Shown here: positions 37,950 to 47,080 of the stretch, piece after piece
Position numbering within the stretch: position 1 is the stretch's first letter
How the letters are laid out: each line of letters starts with the position of its first letter
Source: an uncultured Verrucomicrobiota bacterium
GTDB lineage: Bacteria > Verrucomicrobiota > Verrucomicrobiia > Limisphaerales > UBA9464
Reading direction: 5' to 3'
Length of the DNA: 64,000 nt
NCBI GenBank assembly: GCA_903821635.1
Contig: CAIJLV010000183.1
Span: 97,542-161,541 of the forward strand
Translations under genes and position numbers: made by a program
Notes under the pieces: generated by a model
Told to the model about the DNA's origin: nothing
The model's input: only the letters and a program-made list of their open reading frames with translations
Database searches by the model: none

Positions 37950-38882
37950 TCAGACGTCACACACCTTCGCCGCGTGGCGCAGGGCGAGCGCCTTGTCCGG
38001 CCAGGTGGGAATGAATTCCTGCGCGACGAAGCCGGTGTAACCAAGCTCCAGCAACGTCCGCATCACCGCCGGATAGTTCACTTCCTGGGTGTCATCCAAT
38101 TCTCCGCGGCCGGGCACTCCGGCCGTGTGGACATGGCCGATCACGTCTTGGTGCTGGCGCAGTCGGCGGATCACGTCGCCGTCCATGATCGCGACGTGGT
38201 AAATGTCGAACAACAATTTAAAGTGAGGCGAGCCGACCCGTCTCACAAGTTCGACGCAGAAATCCACATGGTCGCCGAAGTAGCCCGGATGCCCCTTCAT
38301 CGGATGCGTGCCATCGCGGCTGTTCAGGTGCTCCAAACAGAGTGTCACCCGCTGTTGCTCCGCGTAGCCGATGACTTCCTTCCACGCCGTCACACAGTTG
38401 TCGGCCATCGCGGCGTCACTCAAGCCGGGCACGCGCATGCCGGTGAAGGTGATCACGCGTTGGCAGCCGAACTTCACCGCCACGTCGATGCCCTCGCGCA
38501 ACGCGGCGATGACTGCGGCATGCTGGGCGCGGTCGCACGGGCCCTTGGCAAAGCCGTGGCTGCCCACCAGCGAGATTTCCAAACCCAATTCCCGGATCAG
38601 CGGATAGTGTTCCCGGCCGATGCCTTCCATCGCCACGAGCCCAATGTCCCGGCTCAGTCGGGCCAGTTCCGGTGTGGGCAGGGGATTAAACGTCCACCCC
38701 ATGATTGATTGCCGGATGCGCCGATTGCGGATTTTGAAATCGGGTTCGACCGCCAACTGCGGCACTTGGGCGCACGCCGGCAGCACGCTGGCCGAAACTC
38801 CGGCCACCGCCACGGTGGCGGCCTTGAGGGCTTCGCGACGCGAAAGTTCGCCGGCAGGAAAGACGGGCTGGTTCATGGGCAA
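37950..38882 (-). CDS. Sugar phosphate isomerase/epimerase (xylose-isomerase-like TIM barrel) with Tat signal
   Basis: SRREALKAATVAVAG is a twin-arginine-type leader. TIM-barrel blocks are LCLEHLN and DIYHV. Confidence 0.8.
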   Translation of the reverse strand: MPMNQPVFPAGELSRREALKAATVAVAGVSASVLPACAQVPQLAVEPDFKIRNRRIRQSIMGWTFNPLPTPELARLSRDIGLVAMEGIGREHYPLIRELGLEISLVGSHGFAKGPCDRAQHAAVIAALREGIDVAVKFGCQRVITFTGMRVPGLSDAAMADNCVTAWKEVIGYAEQQRVTLCLEHLNSRDGTHPMKGHPGYFGDHVDFCVELVRRVGSPHFKLLFDIYHVAIMDGDVIRRLRQHQDVIGHVHTAGVPGRGELDDTQEVNYPAVMRTLLELGYTGFVAQEFIPTWPDKALALRHAAKVCDV

Positions 38883-38939
38883 ACGCTCCGGCGAAGCCGG
38901 GCGTCGGTCAACGCTCGGTTCCGGGGCGGTTCGGCCCGG

Positions 38940-41609
38940 TTAGTCCGCCCGCGGGTTCGCCGCCAACGCCGCGAGCAGAGTTTGGAGCGGGGCCTCGCCG
39001 GAGATGACTTCCGCGCCGGGCGGCAACGTGCCGGCCGGCGGAACGTCCCGCGCCAGCACCAGCAGGCGGAGCGCAGCCGAGCCGGCCTCGGCCAAGGGTA
39101 GGGCGCGGGCGAGGGTGCCCAGTTCACCCAAGGGCGTGGCCACGATGACCGCTGCCAATTCGGAGCGCTGCCGTTGCAGAATCCGCAGCGCTGCGGCCGC
39201 GGAACCCGCCACCTCGACGCGGTGGCCCTGCGCGACCAATTCCTGCCGGAGCAGTTCACCCACCGCCAAGTCTTCGCTCGCGAGCAGCAGCAGTTTGCCG
39301 TCGAGGCCGGACCCGGAAACGGGTGCCGGCGGGGTGGTGGCGAGGGCTCCGGGCGGCGCGGCGGGCAGGTAAACTTCGAACTCGGTTCCGACCCCGGGTT
39401 CGCTCTTTACCACCATGAAGCCCCCCTGCTGGCGCACGAGCAACGCCGAGGTCGCCAAACCGAGGCCGGTGCCACGGCCGGCGGGCTTGGTGGTGAAAAA
39501 GGGTTCAAACAACCGGGCTCGCACCGCCGGGGTCATGCCCGTGCCGGTGTCGGCCACCAGCACCATGACTTGGCGGCCTGGGCGGGCTTCGGGGCTGAGG
39601 CGCGCGGCTTCGTCGTCGGCGAGTTCCACGTTGTCGGCGGCGACGCTGAGTTCGCCCCCGCCGGGCATCGCGTCGCGGGCGTTGACGCATAGGTTCAGCA
39701 ACACCTGATGCAACTGCGTGGCTTGCCCCAGCACCGGCCAGAGGTCGGTCGGCAGCAGCACGCTGAGGCGGATGTTTTCAGGCAGGGTTTCCCGCAGGGC
39801 CCGCTCCAATTCGCCGATGAGTCCCCCGATGGCGAGCACCTGCCGGTCGCCGGCTTGGCCGCGGGAAAAGAGCAGGACCTGCTGCACCATGTCGGCGCCG
39901 CGGCGCGCGTGGGTTTCCATCACGTCGAGCATCCGCCGCAGGTCGTCGGCTTCGGTGCGCCGCCGCAACAACTGGACGCCCATGAGCACGGGGGCGAGAG
40001 CGTTGTTCAAGTCGTGCGCCATGCCGCTGGCGAGGGCGCCGGCGGCTTCGAGTCGTTGGGCGCGCGCCACTTGCTCTTGGAGCCGTTTCGTCTCGGTGAT
40101 GTCGGTGTCGATCTGGAGAATCTCCCGCGGCTCGCCGCGGTCATCCCGGATCAGCGTCCACCGGCTGGCCACCGTCAGCGGTTGCCCCTCGCAGGACCGT
40201 TGGGGAAGTTCCCCGGACCACTCGCCGCGGGCGAGGACCCAGCGGCGTGCCGCGGCGATCGCGAGGCCGTCCGGGGTCGAGTCTGGGGTCGGCCCGGACG
40301 CGCCGTAAAGCTGGCGGGCGCGGGGGTTCAGGTAAGTGATCCGGCCGGTGAGATCGGTCACGAGGATGGCGTCCTGCGCTTTGTCGATGAGGGCGGCCTG
40401 CTCTCGGATCGTGGCGAGCATTCGGCGGCGTTGGCGAAACCAACCGACCGACTGGACCAACACCGACGCGAACAGGGCGCCCGGCAACTGGAGGAGCGCG
40501 ATGATGAGCCACGGGAACCACAGCCGCTGGCCCATCCCCGCGAGGACCAGCCCGGCCACGCCGACTTCCAGGCCCACGGTGGCCGCCGCCGCGGGCAATG
40601 GGCGCAGGCGCAACAAAACGAAGGTGCACCCCAACGCCGTGGCCGCGAGCACGGCCAGTTCGCCGCCCCGCGGCCAGCGGCGCAGCCAGTCGCCGCGGAC
40701 GAGGTTGAGCATCTCCGTGGCGTGGGTCTCGACGCCGGGCATGAAGGGCAGTCCCGGGCTCCAGGCGGAAAACGGGCTGCGCCACTCGTCGCGGCGTTCG
40801 TCGAACTGCCCCGCGGCCGGGCGGGCGCCGACGATCACGATGCGATCGCGGAAGAAATCGGCCGGCACCGTGGCCGGTTCGAGCGCGTCGCTGAAGCTGA
40901 CGTTGGGAATCGTGAAGGGCGGCCCGTAGTAGTTCAGCCAGCGTTCTTCGGCCTTGCCCCCGCGGGTCGCCTCTAGGTCCAACCACTGCGCAGCGGCCCA
41001 CGTGAGGCTCGGGAGGTTGCGGCCGGCAAACCCCGGAAAATGTTCCCGCACCACGAGGTCGGGATCGATCTTCGCGAAGACGAACCCGTGGCCGGCCGCG
41101 GCGGCGAGCAGATTCGTGGCCGGCAGGATTTCGCTGCGCTGCCAAACCGTGGCGACATCGCCGCGGTCGTGTTCTGAGCGGTGCCATTCTGCGCCGAGGA
41201 TGACGCGGCCATTGGCGCGCAGGGCCGCGGCCAGTTCGATGTCGGCGGTCGCGTCGGCGGACGGCGCTTCAAACAGGATGTCGAAGATCACCGCCCGCGC
41301 CCCGGCGGCCGTCAGGCGGCGGACCAATTGGGCGTGCAGCCGACGGTCGAGCGGGGCGGACGGATCCTGGCCTGTCTGCATGAACGTCCGCAGGTCGAGG
41401 TAAACCAACGCTACCGGCCAATGCGGCGAATCCACCGCGGGAGCCGCGACCGGGCCGCGCAGCGCGAGGGCGGCATCGTAACTTTGGCGGACCAACCCCG
41501 TGCCCCGTCCGTCCGGTCCCAGCAGCGCGAGCCAGGAGAGTAACGTCAACGCGGCGGCCGTCAGGACGACGGGCAGCAGGGGCCGGAGCTGGAACTGGCG
41601 GGCGGGCAC
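38940..41609 (-). CDS. CHASE2-PAS hybrid sensor histidine kinase with degenerate C-terminal receiver
   Basis: N-terminal periplasmic CHASE2-like region followed by 3 TM helices, a PAS domain, the H-box GMAHDLNNAL, HATPase N/G boxes and a receiver-like tail in which I cannot find the phospho-acceptor Asp (...AAVIVATPLGE). Confidence 0.85.
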   Translation of the reverse strand: MPARQFQLRPLLPVVLTAAALTLLSWLALLGPDGRGTGLVRQSYDAALALRGPVAAPAVDSPHWPVALVYLDLRTFMQTGQDPSAPLDRRLHAQLVRRLTAAGARAVIFDILFEAPSADATADIELAAALRANGRVILGAEWHRSEHDRGDVATVWQRSEILPATNLLAAAAGHGFVFAKIDPDLVVREHFPGFAGRNLPSLTWAAAQWLDLEATRGGKAEERWLNYYGPPFTIPNVSFSDALEPATVPADFFRDRIVIVGARPAAGQFDERRDEWRSPFSAWSPGLPFMPGVETHATEMLNLVRGDWLRRWPRGGELAVLAATALGCTFVLLRLRPLPAAAATVGLEVGVAGLVLAGMGQRLWFPWLIIALLQLPGALFASVLVQSVGWFRQRRRMLATIREQAALIDKAQDAILVTDLTGRITYLNPRARQLYGASGPTPDSTPDGLAIAAARRWVLARGEWSGELPQRSCEGQPLTVASRWTLIRDDRGEPREILQIDTDITETKRLQEQVARAQRLEAAGALASGMAHDLNNALAPVLMGVQLLRRRTEADDLRRMLDVMETHARRGADMVQQVLLFSRGQAGDRQVLAIGGLIGELERALRETLPENIRLSVLLPTDLWPVLGQATQLHQVLLNLCVNARDAMPGGGELSVAADNVELADDEAARLSPEARPGRQVMVLVADTGTGMTPAVRARLFEPFFTTKPAGRGTGLGLATSALLVRQQGGFMVVKSEPGVGTEFEVYLPAAPPGALATTPPAPVSGSGLDGKLLLLASEDLAVGELLRQELVAQGHRVEVAGSAAAALRILQRQRSELAAVIVATPLGELGTLARALPLAEAGSAALRLLVLARDVPPAGTLPPGAEVISGEAPLQTLLAALAANPRAD

Positions 41610-41670
41610 GCGGGCAGGACGTTAGGCTGGCCCCCGGTCCGGCGGCGAGCGTCGAACCCGCTGCCCCGGT

Positions 41671-44600
41671 TCAGAAGTTCAGCCGGATGCTGGCGACGAA
41701 GGTGCGTTCGCGGGGGAGCGGTGTGAGGAGATTGAGTGGATTCAGCCGGTAGTCCTCGTCGGCCAAGTTGAGGATGCCCACCCGGAGTTCGGCCGCCCGG
41801 CGGGTGAAGCGGTAGCCGGCGAACACGTTGTGCTGCCAGAATTCGTCGCCGAGTCGGGCCGGCGCATAACCGCCGTTGGCCTGCTGGAACCAGTCGCTTT
41901 CCCACTGCGCAAAGAAGCCGCTGGCGTGATTGAAGCGCGCGAAGAGCCCGACCTGGTGCAGCGTGGCGGCCTCGTTTTGTTCCAGCGCCGCGAGCCCGTT
42001 CGCGCCGGCGGGCAAGCCGGGGAAGCGGCCGGTCAATTCGGCTTCGCTGACGCGGTAACGCGCGCCCACCGACCAGTCGTCCCCGAGCAACTGGGTCGCG
42101 TAGAGGCCGACGGAACGTTCCTGGAAGGCGAGCGTCTGGGTCGCGAAATCCACCGTGTCGGCCAGCGGCACGGGCAGCGAATTGGACACCGCGCCAACCT
42201 CGCGGGTGCCGTCGGACCGCAGTTGTTCGACCTCGACTCCAAAGTAGGTGCCGGCGCCGAAGGATTGGTCGAGGCCGACGCCGAGGGTCTCGAACTCGGT
42301 TCCCGGCACGAGGCCGGCGACACCCTCGGGAATCAGGCTGCGCAACGCCTGGTTGAAGCCGGCGACCTGCGCCGGTTCGAGCCGGACGCTTTGGTCGAAG
42401 TAGAGGCCGCCGAGAGAACGGGTCCACGCGGCGCGCAGGTGGGTGTGTTCCAGCGGCGACCAGGTGAAGCCCAGTTTCGGGGCCACGAGGTCGCGGTCGG
42501 TCTCGCCAGCGGACACCGGCGCCACGTCGGCGTTGCGGGGGAAATCGAGCCGGTCGTAGCTGAGGCCGGCGGTGAGCCGGAGCGCCTTCACCGGACGCCA
42601 ATGGTGATAGACATAGCCGTTAAGGCGCGCGAAGCCGGGTTCGATCTGCTGCTCGGCGAGCGCCGGCGGCAGCGGGTTTTCGAGGCGGGCCGCGGTCGCG
42701 ACCGTGCCGTCCTGGAAACGTCCGCCCAGCACCCACGCGTGGTGCTCCGTCTCGAAGATCTGCTGCAACTCGGCGGAATAGAGCGTGAAGTCGCTGGCGA
42801 GCACCAACGGCCGACGGACGCTACCGAAGTCCACGTCGGTCACCGTGCCGACCGGGTTGCGGCGGAGGAACAGCAAGGCGTGATCGGCGTCGGTGAGCGT
42901 GAAGTCATCCGTGAGGCGCGAGGCGAGGAACAGCGTGTGGCTGCCGGGCGCCCATTCGTGGTGCCAGCCGAGGTAGAGCGACGGTTCCTGGCGTTCGGTC
43001 ACGCGGAATGTCGGGCTCGCGGTCGCGGGATCGTAGTAAGCCGCCGTGTCGCCGGCGTCGGAATCCATCCAGCCCGCTTGCACGTAAAGGCTGTCGGCGT
43101 CGCCGAACTGCTGCTTGGCCTGGGCCGAAAATTCCAGGCGCTCGAAGTCGCCGTTCGGGTGGTCGCCATTCTGCGTGCGGAACTGCGAATCCAGCGCGTA
43201 GCCGAGCCCGTCCACCTGGCCGAAGACTGAGGCCGCGGAATCCCAGTCGCCGCCGCTGCGGTATTCGGCGTAACCGCTGGCGGCCACCGGCGCGGGACCA
43301 AACCAGCGGAGGCGGTCCTGCTGGGAGAGCTGCTGCGACAAGTTCCCGGCGCCCGGCGGCGCGAGTAGGTTGGCGACGAGCAGTTCGCTCTGGCGCGCGG
43401 CCTCGTGGCGGAGGTTCACGCCGGTGGGATCTTCCTGCCGTTGCAGGCTGCGGGCGCGGAACAGGTGCGCGGAGAAGTTCGCGTAGTCGTCGGCCAAGGC
43501 CCGGGCGGCGGTGCGCTCGGCGACCTCGGTCAGGCCCACAGCCTCGTAGGCGACAGCCAGGTTGGCGCTGCGGACCGCGCGGTCTTGGTCGAGCAACTGG
43601 CGCGCGCGGAAGACGCTGCGGCGGTCGTTCAGCGCGACCGACTGTTCGAGGTCGTGGACGGCTTCGTTGAAACGATTGAACTGGGCGTAATGCAGCCCCT
43701 CATAGAGCCACGGCGTGGGGTCACCGCCATCGAGGCTCTTCGCTAGGCGGAAGTCCTTCTCGGCCCGCAATGCGTCGCCGGATTCGCTCCAGCCCTTGGC
43801 GAGTTGGTTGCGGAACGCCGCGCGCTGCGGTTCCATGGCAGCGGCCAGTTGCAGCGCCTGCCGAGCTTCTTCCGGACGGCCGAGTTCGCCGAGCGTGAGA
43901 GCGCGGCCGAGCCAGGCGTTCCCCAACGCTCCATCGAGCGCGAGCGCCTGATCGAAGTCGGCGAGGGCGGCGGCGAAGTTGCGTTGCCGTAGGTGGAGGA
44001 AACCGCGGACCGAATGGGCGGCCGGATACCGCGGTGCCGCCGCGATCGCCCGGTCAACGGCGAGCTGGGCGGAACGACGGTCATCAAAGGCGAGGTCGAG
44101 TTCCGCGACGCGGGTCCACGCGAAGCCGGATTCACCCGCGCGCCGGGCGGCGTTGCGGGCGCCCGGCAGGTCGGAGCGTGATTGGAGATAGTAGGAGCGG
44201 GCCAGCCAACCGGTTCGGGAAACGGGTTCCGGCAGTTCGGCGACGGCTTGGAACTTCACCGCGGCGATCACTTCGCGGAATGCCCGGGCCATTTCGGAAT
44301 CCGGGGCCAAGGCGCCGAGTTGCGTCTCGGCGGTCTCCACGTCGCCGCTGGCCAGCCGCACCGCGAGACGAAATTCGCGGACGGCTGCGGACTCAGCCGC
44401 GGCCGGTCCGGGCAGTGCGGCCAAGGCGGCGTTCACGTCGCCGTCCCGGTAGGCGGCGAGGGCTTTGGAAAACGTCGCCTGTTCGGCGGCTGTGAGGGTG
44501 AGGTCCGCCGGGTCGAGCACGGCCGGATAATTGAGGCACCACTGCACCCGGTTAGCGGCGAGCACGGTGCGCGATTTGGCGATGGTGCGGTCCGGCGTGA

Positions 44601-45138
44601 CGACCGCCTGTTCGCCAGCGACGAGTTCGGCGGTGCCTTGCGTCGTGGTCAGGGTTACGGCGCCGTCGAGCAGCGCGAGTTCGGTGAGACCGCTGTCGCC
44701 TTCGGCGCGCAGGACAAACTCAGTTCCCCGGATCGCGCCCGTGGCGAGCGGCGTCTCGAACTCGATGTCGGACGGCCGTTCACGGTTGAGGAAAAACAGG
44801 CGGCCGGAGTTCAGCCGGAACTTCTTCTGCGCGGGTGCCTGGCTGGGTGGCTGGAGCTGGAGCAGCGAGGACTTGTCGATGCGGATGACGCTGCGGTCGG
44901 AGAGTTGCAACGTGGCCCGGGCCGCGCTGCCGGTGCGCAGGCGGTCGCCGGCTTGCAGGACGAGGTTGGTCTGCGCCGGCTGCCATTGCTCGGCGCCGGC
45001 GCGCAGGATTTCCACCGGCCCGCTGAACTCGACGATCCGGCTGAGGAACGCTTCCGCGGCTCGGCCCGGCGCGAGCAACCAGAGGGTGCCTAGGAGACAG
45101 GCCCAGGATCGGCGGAGCAGGTGGCGGCGTGCGTTCAA
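41671..45138 (-). CDS. Secreted FecR-domain / TPR / C-terminal beta-barrel protein (1155 aa)
   Basis: Signal peptide, a FecR-like N-terminal beta domain, about 8 TPR-like helical repeats (aa about 300-560), then about 550 aa with a beta-strand pattern ending in ...TFVASIRLNF (OMP-type C-terminal Phe). Confidence 0.75.
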   Translation of the reverse strand: MNARRHLLRRSWACLLGTLWLLAPGRAAEAFLSRIVEFSGPVEILRAGAEQWQPAQTNLVLQAGDRLRTGSAARATLQLSDRSVIRIDKSSLLQLQPPSQAPAQKKFRLNSGRLFFLNRERPSDIEFETPLATGAIRGTEFVLRAEGDSGLTELALLDGAVTLTTTQGTAELVAGEQAVVTPDRTIAKSRTVLAANRVQWCLNYPAVLDPADLTLTAAEQATFSKALAAYRDGDVNAALAALPGPAAAESAAVREFRLAVRLASGDVETAETQLGALAPDSEMARAFREVIAAVKFQAVAELPEPVSRTGWLARSYYLQSRSDLPGARNAARRAGESGFAWTRVAELDLAFDDRRSAQLAVDRAIAAAPRYPAAHSVRGFLHLRQRNFAAALADFDQALALDGALGNAWLGRALTLGELGRPEEARQALQLAAAMEPQRAAFRNQLAKGWSESGDALRAEKDFRLAKSLDGGDPTPWLYEGLHYAQFNRFNEAVHDLEQSVALNDRRSVFRARQLLDQDRAVRSANLAVAYEAVGLTEVAERTAARALADDYANFSAHLFRARSLQRQEDPTGVNLRHEAARQSELLVANLLAPPGAGNLSQQLSQQDRLRWFGPAPVAASGYAEYRSGGDWDSAASVFGQVDGLGYALDSQFRTQNGDHPNGDFERLEFSAQAKQQFGDADSLYVQAGWMDSDAGDTAAYYDPATASPTFRVTERQEPSLYLGWHHEWAPGSHTLFLASRLTDDFTLTDADHALLFLRRNPVGTVTDVDFGSVRRPLVLASDFTLYSAELQQIFETEHHAWVLGGRFQDGTVATAARLENPLPPALAEQQIEPGFARLNGYVYHHWRPVKALRLTAGLSYDRLDFPRNADVAPVSAGETDRDLVAPKLGFTWSPLEHTHLRAAWTRSLGGLYFDQSVRLEPAQVAGFNQALRSLIPEGVAGLVPGTEFETLGVGLDQSFGAGTYFGVEVEQLRSDGTREVGAVSNSLPVPLADTVDFATQTLAFQERSVGLYATQLLGDDWSVGARYRVSEAELTGRFPGLPAGANGLAALEQNEAATLHQVGLFARFNHASGFFAQWESDWFQQANGGYAPARLGDEFWQHNVFAGYRFTRRAAELRVGILNLADEDYRLNPLNLLTPLPRERTFVASIRLNF

Positions 45139-45207
45139 GGTGGGGACACGAAACTACCGGACACGCGGTCCCGAGGGAATCCGCATGTCCGGCGGGTTAG
45201 GTGGCGG

Positions 45208-46581
45208 TCAGTTGCCGGTGTCGCGGACGAAGGAGCCGGTGTCCGTGTCGGTCACCACGTCGTCGCGGACTTCGCGGCGCACGAAGGTGCCAGTGCCGTC
45301 CAGGTTGAAGGTGAGGTCGTATTCATCGCGCTGGCCGGGCTTGAAGGTCACGACGAGCGTAGCGGCCGAGCCTTCCTTGACGGTGTAAACGTAGGTGAAG
45401 GCGTTCGCATCATCGTCTTCCTCAGTGCTCTGTTCGCTGCCGCTGGTCGCGGTGGTGAAGGTCAGCCGGTCGGGCGTGGCGCCGCTGCGGAAGAGGTAGC
45501 GGGTGCCGGTCAGTTCGGGGACGGGCGAGCCGTTGCCATCGGGGGGCGTGCCGCCGCCACCGCCATTGGGGCCGCCCGAGGTGGCGTTGCCCGCCGGACT
45601 GAAGGCGCCGTTGTCGGTGTCGGTCAGCAGGTCACCGCGGAACTCGCGGCGGACGAAGGAGCCTTGGGCGCCCTGCGTGAACGTGAGGTCGTATTCGTCG
45701 CGGCGATTGTCGGGCAGGTTCACGACGAGCGTGGCGTTAGTGGGCGTGGTGAAGGCGTAGGTGTAGCTGAACGGCTTGTTTGGCTCGTCTTCGTCGGGCC
45801 GCGGCTTGTCCTCGATTTCGATCCCGGTGGTCTCGCTCAGGAATTCCAGCCGCTCCGGCGTGGCACCGCTGAGGAACGAGTAGGCGAGCCCCTTCAGCGA
45901 CGCGGGTGGCGCCACCGGCACGGAGTTCGTGTCGCCGGGATTGCCGCCGGGCGGCTGCGTGCCGTCGAGCACGGTGAAGGTGCCGAGGTCGCGGTCTTTC
46001 AGGCGGGCGCCGCGGAATTCCTCGCGGACGAACGTGCCAAGCTTCGCGGCGGTGAAGGTGAAGGTGTAGAGGTCGCGCCGGTCCTTATCGCCGGCCGAGC
46101 TGCCCTTCACGAGCTTGACCTGGGCCTCGTTGTCGCCGGTGCGGGTGAAGGTGTAGGTGAAGGGATCCGTGCCGGTGGGCGAAACCTTCACGCCGTTGGT
46201 CTCGGAAAGGAAATCGTAGTGCTCGTGCGCACCGTCGTCGCCGAGGCCGAGGGATAATCCCTGGAACGACCACGGGGCGAGTCCAGGCACTGTGATCGGG
46301 GTGACGTTGAGGCGGTAGTTGCCGAAGGTGACCGCGCCGCCGTCCTTGGCGGAGAAGATCTGGTTCACCGGGTTGCCGTTGCCGAAGACGGGTTCGCCGA
46401 TGTTGCTCCACGCGCCGAGGTCGGTGGAGCCTTGGAGCTGGTAGGACTGGCCGCGTTCGGTCGCGAACTCGACCTCGATGGCGGTGAAGATCTTGAGCTC
46501 GCTCTGGGCTTGGACCCAGGAGCTGGCGGACAGGAGCCCGGCGAAGACGCCGAGGCGGCAGTGAGACAGGATTCGATGCAT
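45208..46581 (-). CDS. Secreted protein with three tandem ~105-aa repeats (hypothetical)
   Basis: Signal peptide from ATG at 46581, which is consistent with the sigma-54 promoter position. Each repeat ends (R)DEYDLTF...G(T/S)FVRREFRG...TDTD.G.F. Confidence 0.7.
   Translation of the reverse strand: MHRILSHCRLGVFAGLLSASSWVQAQSELKIFTAIEVEFATERGQSYQLQGSTDLGAWSNIGEPVFGNGNPVNQIFSAKDGGAVTFGNYRLNVTPITVPGLAPWSFQGLSLGLGDDGAHEHYDFLSETNGVKVSPTGTDPFTYTFTRTGDNEAQVKLVKGSSAGDKDRRDLYTFTFTAAKLGTFVREEFRGARLKDRDLGTFTVLDGTQPPGGNPGDTNSVPVAPPASLKGLAYSFLSGATPERLEFLSETTGIEIEDKPRPDEDEPNKPFSYTYAFTTPTNATLVVNLPDNRRDEYDLTFTQGAQGSFVRREFRGDLLTDTDNGAFSPAGNATSGGPNGGGGGTPPDGNGSPVPELTGTRYLFRSGATPDRLTFTTATSGSEQSTEEDDDANAFTYVYTVKEGSAATLVVTFKPGQRDEYDLTFNLDGTGTFVRREVRDDVVTDTDTGSFVRDTGN
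45211..46281 (-). repeat. Three tandem intragenic repeats (about 46281-45961, 45897-45586, 45513-45211)
   Basis: The repeat is visible at DNA level, e.g. gaaggtgaggtcgtattcatc at 45307-45327 versus gaacgtgaggtcgtattcgtc at 45679-45699. Confidence 0.7.
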
Positions 46582-46663
46582 GGTGTGAACTGTGTTGTGG
46601 CCGCGGTTGAGCCCGATTGCGCTAGTGAACTTCACCAGCCCGTCGAGCGGCTGGGACACCTAA

Positions 46664-46679
46664 TGCAACGGGCGTGCCA
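46664..46679 (-). promoter_or_regulatory. Sigma-54 (-24/-12) promoter TGGCACGCCCGTTGCA
   Basis: The reverse complement of 46664-46679 reads TGGCAC-GCCCG-TTGCA, matching the consensus TGGCAC-N5-TTGCW. It lies about 80 nt upstream of ATG 46581, and an EBP gene is nearby. Confidence 0.65.
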
Positions 46680-47080
46680 AGGCCGTTGAACCGCTCAAAC
46701 ACGCGCGGAAAGGCGGGGCATAGACCGGTTTCCAGCCGCATGGACGCCCTTTCGATCCGACCGTGGACCACCGGCGAACCGGAAGCGGACCGTGAGGCCG
46801 TGAAGACCACCCACCGGAGCGCCGCAGTGGCCGTCGCTGGCAGCGAGGCCGGTGGCGCCGCCACGAGCAGGGTCAGGTTGCCGTCCGCGTCGTAGCTGAA
46901 GTTATGGGTGGCCCAAGCCCAGGACTTCCACGGAGCCGTGAATGGTGCGGCTGGAATACACTGGTTGAGCCGGTTGGGGGGTAGGCGGCGAAGCGAACGG
47001 GGCCGCGACGGTTGCCGCTGGGCGGGCGTTTCCGGCGGCAGTTGCGAAGCTGGATTGTTAGGTTACTTCCCAAGTCACCA

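Noticed and set aside
46852-46864. Palindrome GTGGCG-C-CGCCAC about 180 bp upstream of the sigma-54 promoter, considered as an EBP binding site
   Set aside because: A 6-bp GC-only arm is expected by chance in this composition, and no second copy was seen. I mention it only as a test target.
46700-46960. A minus-strand frame reads ...SWAWATHNFSYDADGNLTLLVAAPP..., resembling a single YD/RHS repeat
   Set aside because: There is only one YD-like motif, with no flanking RHS core or further repeats. The frame overlaps the sigma-54 promoter/UAS region. The evidence is too weak to call an RHS remnant.
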